From positions 1 through 53,924 of the forward strand of contig CALVNP010000004.1 in NCBI GenBank assembly GCA_944349805.1: a stretch of DNA of 53,924 bases, given 5' to 3'. A model generated the notes under the pieces. The model ran no database searches. It was not told the DNA's origin and saw only the letters and a program-made list of their open reading frames with translations. The DNA comes from an uncultured Clostridia bacterium (GTDB lineage: Bacteria; Bacillota; Clostridia; Christensenellales; UBA1242). Made by a program: the position numbers and the translations under genes. Positions 25,744 to 37,700 of the stretch are shown here, piece after piece. Position 1 is the first letter of the stretch. Each line of letters opens with the position of its first letter.

Positions 25744-28700
25744 ATGAGATTTTTTAAAATTTTTTTAATTGTATTTTTTTCATTAATAGGAGTTTTTGGT
25801 ATTACTTATGGCATAATGGCTGCCACAGGCTATTTTAATCAAGAAAAAATTTCTCCTGAAAATATTAGTTTTGAAAAAAATATATATAATGAGGTCGGAG
25901 AGCTTGATAATGATGGAAATGTTTCCTTTGATATGATGGTGACAACCACCACTGCAGATGTTACGGAAAAAAGCATTACATTATCTTTTAAAAATCAAAG
26001 TCTTCCTGTTGTTAATGGAAGAATTTCTGACGGAGTTATAAGTATTCCACAATATGCAAAAATTGGGGAAACATTTAAAGTTTATATATCTCAAGAATAT
26101 AATGAAACTCTTGGTTCAAATTGGAACAGGGGTGGTTCTTCAACTATAATTGCAAAAACAGATATTGTTGGGGTAACTCAGGCAGAAGCTAAGGTTAACA
26201 TAGATGTCCCTGTAAGTAAATTTTCTATTAATGCTGTTGCTGGAAATGGTGAAGTTGTTGGAAGCAGTGAAGGTGGTGTTTCCCAATCGCCAACTTTTTC
26301 TGTAAATTCAACTTTTACAATTGAACCCGTTTTTTATCCAGAAGAAAGTGAAAAAAAATTCTCTGGTGATGAGTTAAAGTCTGTATATTATAATTTTAGC
26401 ATTCCACAAGGTAATGTAAATGATTACATAGAAGATTTAGGATTTATTAATGGAAAAAGAACTTTTAGAGCATTGTTGCCAACAGACGATAGTATAACAA
26501 TAACTGCTTTTTGTTTTAATAACTCAATCATTGAGAATGAAATGGAAGCTTTATATCAAGATGAAGAAGATATCATTTCTCAATTTACAAGTGCAAATGG
26601 AAAGTCTGCGTCAATAAGCGTAAGTTTTGTAACTCAAAAAATTGAAAGTTTTACAATGTCACAATCAAGTGCTCAGTTGCCATACAACAAGGCAAGTGAA
26701 ATTTTTGTAAATTCTCAAAACGAACATGATTATTCTTTAGGCATTGAAATTCATTCGTCAGATACAAGCATAGATATGTCATATAAATATGAAGATATTG
26801 GATTAAGAATTGTTTTAGATAACGATGTTCCAGAAAATGCAGTGGAAGTTATAGGTTATAGTAAAATTGTAGATGGAGATGGAAAAGAAGTATCTTCTGA
26901 TTATGAAGGCGTAAAGTATTATTTACCTAACACAAATCTAACAAATATGAATATGTCGTATTGGACAATTGTAACGAATAGTCCAGATGTTTATTTCAGT
27001 TATGAAGTTATTATATTGGGAGAAGAAAATGAATTTTCTGATACCTTCCAAGGGTCAAAAACATTGACATCTTCTATATGGTCAGTTGCAGGAAAGGTTG
27101 ACACTCAAATTAGCTGGAAAGATGAAACACCTATAACTCTTGTCTATGAAGATAGCGAAAATCAGGAAGACATTGTCCACAAACCATACAATTTGTTTAA
27201 CAATTTAGAAATTGTTGAAGGTTCTTACATGACAATAAAATATATTGCCTATATGCAAAAGAACAATAACGAAAATATCAGCATGCAAAAGAACAATAAC
27301 GAAAATATCAGCGACATAATTTCTGATATCAACACAAATTCTTTGTTTAATTTTGAAACTATATTTTCTAGCTTTGGAATAACTGATTTAACAAACTATT
27401 CATACGGCGAAATTGTGGGCGATGAAATAACAACAAAATCTGTTGGTTCATTTAATGTAATTGCTGTTGTTATTGAAACCGACTATTTAGGTGCTCCAAT
27501 TTTAGAAAACGGAAAATATAATGTTGTTACAATTGTAAAAAGTCAAGATTACATAAATGTTGTACAGCCACTAGAATTTACAATAACAAAAACATTAAAA
27601 TATATAAAATCTTATGCAATTGTAGATAAGGGTACATTGGCTAAAATTACAGCATTGAAAAATCTTACAATAGATGGCATAAAAAATGCAGAAGATGAGA
27701 ATTATGATGAAATTTATGCATTCAAATATAATTCCACATTGCCATCATTCTATGTTGAAATAGTATTTGATAAAAATGATAAAGAAATTTTTATCAATGC
27801 GTGGAATAACAATTTAATTACAATTCAATTTATAAATGACCAAAATTTACCAACAAATGTTATAACATACAATATGCAAAACATTGCAGGTACAAATATT
27901 GTGGATCGCGAGGATGGTAATACAAGTGCAATTTATGTTCCATTCTATGTTTCTCAAGTTTCCGAAGATATTGAACTAAGTTATAAGCTTATATATCAAA
28001 AGACGGCAGAAAAACAAGATACTTTTAATATATATGATTATAACGATGAAACCACTAAAAAATTTGAAGTGTATGACGGAAATCCTGATGAAATTTATTT
28101 TGTTATGATAGAAGTTGTAATGATAGAAGGCAAAGAAAATAAAGTAGAAACTAAAATTGAAACATCAGATGAGAATAGAATTTCCGAATCGATAAATATT
28201 ACAACTTCCAGTGAAACAGATGGAATCTATACAGCCGAGAAAATAACAACCAAATATACATTTGATGGTAAGGACTTAGTTGCAGACAACCTTTATGATG
28301 AAAATGGAAACTATTATATAATCTACAAAGATAAATATGACAACAGGTTGGGCGAAGGTGATACTGTGACAGGTCAAGGAGATGTTGGGCAGTATGAAAG
28401 AATAGACGAGGGAGAAGGGCAATACCATATTACTGTTTCAACACTTACAAAATCTTCACAATTGTCCAGCTTTCCAACAGCAGATTTGTATTTTGAACAA
28501 GAAACACTAGGTGGAAATTTTGAAATAGAATATCGTTCTAGTTGGGACAATGGCGGAGGTGAATTAACAGATGCGCAAATTGGAAGTACAATAGAAACTA
28601 CAATAACTGGAAAAACTGGTACAACTGTAACTTTACAAGGTGGAAATGTAATAAACATTTATTATGTGTATAATGATGGAAATGGAGAAGAAAAATATTT

Positions 28701-31700
28701 ACTTAATGAGGTAACTCAGTATTCATCATCTAACATATCAAGCTTTACTGATTGGCTTTCCTTAGAATCTGGAGTATTAAAAATAAAAAAAGATTTTGGT
28801 ATTAATGCCAATTTAAAATTAACAGCTTCTGTACCCGAATTAAATATTAAACAAGATATAAATTTAACCATAAATCCAGAAATAGTATTAACAGGAACAA
28901 CAATAGATCCAACTCAAGCTGGAGCTGAAGATGTTGGGGAAAATCCTGTTTATCAAGGAGTTTACGCAGAAGAAAAGTTTACTATTGAATTAACATTTGA
29001 AAGGAAACCAAATGGCATATCTGCAACTAAAGGTACAATGAGGACTGATTATTTAACAACTGATGGTTTAACATTAGAGTTAAATTTTTCAGCTTCAGAA
29101 ATTGGACAACAAGTTGTAACAATATACACAGGCGATGATGTAAACAACACGTCTTATGGTTTTAAGCAAAACCTATACTTTAATGTTGTTCCAAATGTTA
29201 AAGTTGACAATTCAGATGGAAGTCTTGTATACGAAAACGGAGTTTTAAATTTAGGAATTAAGTATTTTAATTCTAGTCAAAGCTCTTTAAAAATTTTTGG
29301 TGCTGATGGGCTAATTAGCTTAGTTAAAAGGTTTGATAGAAATAATGAAATAAATTTAGACAACCTTAACAACATTTATTTATCATTTTCTAATATTGGG
29401 TTATCAAATAATGATGATAATTTTGAAATAATTAATGAAGAAACAGGAGCAACATTAAGCTTAAAATCGGGTTCTGTTTTAAATGATAAAAAAGAAATTT
29501 TGCTTTATATTGTGTATGGTGGTGGAGAGAATTACCAACTTGTTCAAGCAATTAAGCTTATCGTGTCGGCAGATATAATAGTTGGAGATACCACTAAAAT
29601 TACAGGAGCTCTTTCAACAGATAACAGTAAAAATTTAACACACACAGCATTTGCAAATTATAATACTTCCTTAGAACAAGACAAACAACACTTAGTGTTG
29701 GTTTCTGGTTATACTTATACTTATTCAAATATACTTGCTTTATTTAAGGATAGTGCAGGAAAGAAGCTTACATCAGAGAGATATTCATTATCATTTGAAG
29801 CAGGTGGAAAAAATTATACATTGAATGATGGTAGTATATCAATTACTGGATCAATTTCTACATATATACAGTCAAAAATGACAATAACATTAAATGATGT
29901 TGGAAGTGTAGTTTTTGATGTTTTACTAGTTCCGGGAGATTACGAGTTTGTAAAATATAATCCAACAAATGATAAACATAGTAATCAAGAATATACGAAC
30001 TTAATAAATTCTGTAAACAAAAACATATACTTATTAAATGATGTAGAATATTTACAAGATGAAGAAATCTATGATTCTTATAATGGTGGACAAACATATA
30101 ATATATATTTTGACACAACCGACGAAACTGTAATAAATGGAATTTCTTCATTCTATAAAGAAAATGCCATAGCTTTTAATTTTAAAATTATCAATGAAGA
30201 TGGTTCTTCTAATAACTATATAACATTCAATTCAAACACAGGAACAATGACTACGGGTGTTTTTGGTGAAGAAAAATTTGTAAGAATTGAATGTTGGAGT
30301 GGAAATAATAGAATATTTGTTTATAGGATTAAAGTTGTTCCTACTGCTGTTATAAACACATATTATCCTTATATACTTGATAAAGATATGGAAGCAAATG
30401 CTGTTGCAGAGTACTTAGATTTTGTGTCAGATGCAGGGCTTCAAATAAACCTAAAGGAAAAATATGGTGAAAGTATACCAAATTCTGGAAAAAGCAGATT
30501 TGTTTTAGAAAATGAACAAGAAGATGGAAGCTTTGAAGAAGTAGAAAACGCAAGCTTATCATTTAACTTTAGTGTTAAATCTGTAAAAGTTGGAGATATT
30601 ACCATAGCTGACAACTACATAAATGATTATGCAACAATTTCAAGTGATGGAATATTGTCCATAAACTATGTTGCTTCTAGTATGGTTACTATTGTTGTTC
30701 AAGCAGAAGCTTTTATTAATGGACAATCAATAGGGGCAACAGCTGATTACACATTTATTGTTGGTTATAATTATGAAAACCTTGAATTTAGAAATGGCGA
30801 AGATTTGCAAACTTCTTATAATAAATCAACAATTACAGTGAAAAATGGAGAAACAATAAATTTAGATGATGTAGTTGCTTTGGCAAAGGTAAATAATGAA
30901 ATTGCAACGAAAAGTGACTTGCTTAGATTCCATATTTATGACTACTTAGGAACAAATGAGAGCAAAATTAAATTTGATAAAGAAAGAAACACAATAAGTT
31001 TGGAAGAAGGTGTTAGTCTTGTAAGTGATTTGTCTTTCAAACTTGTACTATACACTAGGTATGGTAAAAACACTGCATATAAAGAAATTGATGTAATATT
31101 TAAATCAACTTATTCTGCTGAGTTAACTGCTGATAGTGCAAGCCTTTGGAGTAGTGACGGCGAATATTCAACTTATGCAGGTAAAACGATAGACCTTTCT
31201 AGCTGTTTAACAGTTAAAGTTTTAAATGGAGATACTGATGCGATCATATCAGATTGGAGCATATCAGATCATGAAGTTCTTTATGAGGGAACTTCAACAG
31301 AAGATATAACACGTTCTGATAAAGAATTAATCATTTCTTCCATAAAAAAAAGAAAAGTTTATACTATTACTTTATGTATTGATGTTGGCGAAGATGAAAC
31401 ATATAATTACACATTTAATTTAACAGTTTATCCACATACAGTTACAAAATACACACAAACAAATCCAAAGGATTTAGGGGAAAAGTTGGCAACAACTGAG
31501 TTTACTGTTGAAGTTATTAATAAAATTGATGGCGATGGGAATGAGCTAGTTCCACCAGATGAGGCGCTAGTTCCACCAGATTATGCACTTTTTAAATCAG
31601 TGTATGATGGAGCATACGAGTTTATAATAATTCAAGGAAGAGATGCAATTGTAGAAGAACAAATTTCTGGAAATAACATTCCAACAAAGGCAGTTGCCGA

Positions 31701-34700
31701 AAACACCACAGTTGTAATAAGAGTTGACTATAAAACAGGTGGTCCAACCTATATTTCAGCTTATATAACATTTGTTGTAAAACCAAACACAACTGTAACA
31801 CTTAACTATCCATCTGCAAGTGGAGAACCTCAAACAAGAGAGTATGTTTATCTTAAAAAAGATAGTACCTTAACTAGTCCCCCAACATTCGATTTAGACT
31901 TAAACGCCCCAGCATTATTTCAGTCATCAAAAAGAGTTGACGTTAAAACGGAAGAAGGAACAACAGGTGGCGCTGTAAGTTATGAAGTAAGTTATGAAGC
32001 TAAGTATGATGATAGCATTTTTGACGTGCCAGGTTCAAATGGTTCTTATACCATAAATTGGAAAAACGATACAACTGTAACTTCTGGGACAATTAACTTT
32101 ATAATTAAAGTTGATGGAATAGTAAGAGAAACTTATGTTTTAGTTGTTGATAGCAACATATCTAATGTTTACACTTATGAGATAACACCTTTTAATGACA
32201 CAGAAAATGATGCTGAAATATTTATAGTTGACAATAATAACGCTATGAATATATTCTCTAACCGTTATCAACTTTTAACTTTCCAAGCAAGGTCTAATTT
32301 AGGAGAAACCACGATAACAGGTAAAAACGATGCAAAAATTTCTGTTGACGGTGGGTCTACATTCCTAGATGAAATAACTTTGTCAAGTGCTGACGCTGGG
32401 CAAGACATAAAGATGATACTATACTTTAGTGGAAGCAGTGTTCCAACAGATCTCTTAGATTTATATGGTACTGATACAAACAGTTTTGCAAACTTCTTTA
32501 CAATTGATGGTGGCAAAAATTTCAGTGATATTGCAGTTCCTGGAACGGCAGAAGTCAAAACAAGGTTTATGCTTTATTATAAGGGAAATCTTGTAGACTA
32601 TTCAAAGATAAAAAGTGTTCTTAAAGTGGGTTCATCAGATCTTGACAAGTACTCGCTATCAGTTCAAGGTACAAGCGAAGATGAGTTATCAATTACAATT
32701 ACAATTAATGGTAATGCTTTTGCGACATATAAATATAAAGTTGTGTTAGATTTTAAAATTGGAAATGGAAAAACTGTTCAATCAGGATTTATGGACACAC
32801 TTTATGCAAACGAAATTGTTAATGGAATTTTAGGAGTTTCAGGGGATACAAACATTTGGACAATCACTAGATACAATGGACAAAATTACACCAGAGAGTA
32901 TTTCGATGAATATGCAGACAGAACAATTTCAATGAGTGTATTTTTAGTTACAACAACAAATTTTGATTATACAACTTTTAAGCCTTCAAACAAATACCAA
33001 ACAGGTGATGAAATATTATTCGTTGAAGGCAACTCTGCAACCTTTAATCATCCTTGTACATATTCTCCAATAATTTCAGGAAGCAAAACCTACGACTTCA
33101 ATCTCTCTGCCAATGGGGCTCAATATGGTGGAAATTATGTAATATTTAAGGTTACTTATTCCGTAAACATAGGATCGGAGACTAAACCTAAATATGTTAC
33201 AGAAGATGTTTACATAATGGTTAAAATTTTACCAGATTGGACACACACATTAAGCAATTCAAACAATCCTGCAAGTATAATCCCAAACACACAACAAACT
33301 CCACTTTACATTTATAACAAAAATTATGATAATGAATTAACATCAAGTGAAGTTACACTGCCTTTCAACATAGCAGAAGGTGGAACATCAAGTCGTGTTG
33401 TTATAAAGCATACAAAGGGAGCTGAAACATCAACTAATTTTGCAAATGCATTCTCTTATATTATTAGTGACAATTTAAAAAATTATATTTCAGTTTCTAG
33501 TGCTTCTGTTGGTGGAAATATTATCATTGAGCAAGGAAACAGTTATCCTGTATATGGAAATGTTGAAGGTTATATTGAAATAAAAGATAGCTTTGGGTAT
33601 AGTTTAAAATACTATGTAGTTTTAGTTGCAAGTAATTCAAGCCCTGTTTCAATAGCACAAATTATAGACTCTTCGGGAAATAGCGCAGATAATCTTGTTT
33701 GGGAAGATTCTGTTTTTGCTTTGTGTGATTATAAAACTTATAGTGAGAAAACTGACGAAGGCAGGAGTTCACTATTATTATCATTGAAAGCTGATTATGT
33801 CATTTTGATAAATGGATATAGTGGTATTGAAAGTGGTAAATTTAATTTCTCTGCACTTAAAGAGGATACAGCAATTAGTGGACTAATTCAGAACATAAAA
33901 GATATTGATATAAAGGGTGTAAAATATAAAGCATTTAAATTCAATATGATGGGGCCAGAATTCTATGGTGGAGCATTGTCTGTTCCAATTAGATTACAAA
34001 TAAGCATTGATGTGTCATCAGAAAATGTTTTGATTTACAGTGACTTAAATTTAAAACAAAGATATACAACAGCAATTACAAACGCAAACACTAACTATGT
34101 TTTAGATAATGTGGAATTTGATGTTTCAAATTACATAGACATTACAGATAGAAAAATGGGTGTAAATCTTGGAACAGCATTTGTTGGAAATGCAGATTAT
34201 TCGTTGAATTTTGCAAATGTTGTATTGCCTAGTGGATATATTGATGTAAAAGTTGAAATAAAAAGAGAAGGCTCTGTTGCTCAGTCTGGAAAAATGAATA
34301 TTTATAGTTATCAGTTAACAGGGGGAGACCAGCAACTATTCTATTTAAGTGACTTTGAAGGCTTTGAAAGTGTGGATTTTTCAACATATGATAAATCAAA
34401 TATTCAAATTACAGAAATTAAATATTATGGAACGGGATCAGATCCAAATATTAGTAGTGATAATATTTCAATCGTTAAAGATAAAAAAGTTTCATTAAAT
34501 ACAATTAATAGCAAAGATGAAACTGATTCTGTAAATTTAAATGTTCAAGTTGGAACTAATGTTAAACAAATAGAATTTAAATTAAATTATGATGGAACTC
34601 AAACAAAGTCATTATATTATCAACTTAATAGTGATCCAGATAATAGTGTCTCAGAAGATGTTATTTGGAGTGTTACACTAAGTGACCTTCCTTTGACAAG

Positions 34701-37700
34701 TGAAGATAGGGCAAAGGTTAAGGGTATGACAATTTATTCGGATACAATTTCAGTTTTAGTTCCACAAGGCTTTGGAAATAATACAGTAACATTTACAGTT
34801 AATGAAAAAGATTATACATATACAAACAATTTAGACTATGCACATTATATTCACATTCAACTTTCAACAATATTGGGTAAAACATACTACACTTCAGATG
34901 AAATTAAAAATGAGACAAGCTATACTGTATATACTGTAAGAATAACAACATCAAGTGAAGGTGTAAGTGTAACATATGAAGGAAAAACATCTAATGACAT
35001 CACAATAGGCGATTTTACAATTAGACCGATAACAGGTGAAAGCGAACTTATTGACATTAAATCTATCAATCAATTTAATGAAAATAAAAAGACTAGCATA
35101 ATTAATAAAGGTTATGTTGTTAAGTTTGCAAAGAGCAGTGTATACAATGTAAACACAATTGGCTATACGGTAACACCAAATCCTTATGCAGTGGACACAG
35201 CAGGAAACACAGGAACGTTTGGATATAAACAAATTGATGCTTCTAAATATATTTTGGAAGATGGTGTTTATACAATTAAATTAGAAAATTGGGCTGAAGG
35301 TTATTCTGTGCTTGACGCATCTGGTAAAATAATTGGAACACTTACTGAATATGTAAATGGTGGGAAACTAAAATTAGGAATTTCAGACTTAACGCCTGAT
35401 GGATTTGGTTCTGGTTCTGGTTCTGCAAGTATCGATGATGAAGGAAAAATTACTACTAACGAAAACTTTAAGCCAGGCGAACAATCTATTGCTGTTTCAA
35501 TTAAGGCTATTGTTGATGGAAATGATACTATTGATGTGGGAACCATTTATATGGTTCTCACAAATAATATTATAAACTTTCCAAGTGTGGGGGCTTATGT
35601 TGTGCAAAGAACAGCAAAAAAATTGGGTGAAACTTCACAGTTGGTTTATGATAGTGTGAACGTAAATATAAACACAATAAACGAAAGACAAAAAACGATT
35701 GAAGAGTTATTTCCTAATAAAGATGATGGTTGGCAATATAATTACACAATAGTTAAAGTTTTTGAAGATACTTCAAAAATATCAACACTTGATGATGACT
35801 CTTCAAAATTAAGTATAGAATTAAAAGCTGTTCAAAACAGAACTCTTTTAAAAAACAAGAAGGTCACAGCAGTTATTCAAGCAATGTCTAAAACTTCAGG
35901 AGAAATTTTGACAAGTGAAGATCTTGTTTTGACATTCGATGCCAATGGGTACAACTTGACTGCAATAGTTGAAGATTCATCTGAAGTTGAAGATCCATCT
36001 GATAAAATTAATGTCTCTCAAAATAAGTATCATTATACAGTTACAGTTTTATTAAGCACATTGTTTGGGGATAGTCTAACCACTGGACTAAATTATATGT
36101 ATTATATGATAATCACAGACTATGGTGTTGCCCAGGGGGAATCAACTTCAAATGTTGTTGAAATTACAGAATTTAATGAGGTTGGTGTAGATCAAATTTA
36201 TGTTTTTAAAACTACTGCAACAAAGGGTGAAACTAGTTTGACAAAATATTTGGGTTTTGTTGCTGACAACACTGACATAACTATAGCATTGGACATAGGT
36301 TCTGCTTTTAGTGGAACAGGCTTTACGGGCGATGGTGTGGTTTATGCAACAGAGTTTACAGGATTAATGCTTGATTATACAAATTCTACAATTTCTACAA
36401 TGTTTCAAGTAGGCTATGATAGTAATAACAAAAATGCCTTTATATCTCCAAGCATTGAAAATGATGATGGTACTATCTCAGCTCCAATATCGCATAGTTG
36501 GGTGATGGTTGCTACATCGATGGTTGCTACATCTGACTCAAATAATATAATTACAAAATATGCTTCACTTTTAACTGTTAGTTTAAAATACAACCAAAGT
36601 TTTGTGTTTGGTGGAGTTGGAAATTTTTCTAACTCGTTAAGTGATAATGTAAGTTTGGAAGATTTAAAAAACAATAGCTCACGATATGTATTTTATGACA
36701 ATGATAATATAACAAACTATATCAAACAAATTCAATTTACAGAACTCAACAACAATTATTCATTTTATCAGTTATCATATAATTCAACAGGAGAAACAAC
36801 AGAGAATTATATTGTAAAAAATAATTCAGGAAATGCAACTTTTAATTTAGAAACAATTGAAAAAAATGATTTATTGGAATTGAAGTTAATTTGCTATAAC
36901 AATATTGAGTTAGGTGAAAATTTTGTACCATCTACACCAATATTAATAAAAGAAACATATGATGATGGGAATATAACTAAGTTAAGAGTAAGGGAAATTA
37001 CTCAAGCATATAAGGATGAAATGTGGTCATTATCCTTACCTTCAACTGATGGTGGTATTGTATCATTATACAATCAAAATAGCCCCAGCACTATAAATAT
37101 TTCTAATGGCAATACATATAGCTTGGAAGCAGGGTTATATAATGATGAATCAACAAAGAAAATTTTGTACATTGCAGATGGACAAGAGCTAACATTCGAT
37201 ACAAAAGCAACTGTAATTTTTAAAAAGCTGGTTTTTACGATTCAATTAGGAAGCGGAACAGACTATATTGTTGTCACAAAAGCTTCTGACGGCACGGTAT
37301 ATCAAATTCAAAAAGTAACAGCTTCTGATTTAACGATTTATGGAGCAAGCTTTGTTGGTTTTGAATTTTCATTAGATTATACTATTGATCAAATATATGC
37401 TTATTCTGACGAGCTTTCAATAACGATGGCACAAGGTTACTATGTGTATAAATTGGGAGAAGAAAATAAAAACATATTGGTTTTAAAAGATGATGAGCTG
37501 GTTCCTATATCACAATTAATAGGAAGTGAAACAGGAGTTGTAGAACTTACGAAGAAAGATATAAGTAATTTTGATGGAACAGATACCGTACAAACTGGAG
37601 ATTACATACTTTTACAAAGTAAAACGGAAACAAATAAATACAGTTTTATAAAGGTTACAACTGCTGGACAAAATGAAGATTCTTCACTGAGTTACATTGT

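Noticed and set aside
28374-36674. Seven minus-strand ORFs of 70-97 aa inside the giant gene
   Set aside because: All are antisense to a continuous 12.2-kb ORF, lack an SD and have low-complexity translations. They are typical shadow ORFs in AT-rich DNA.
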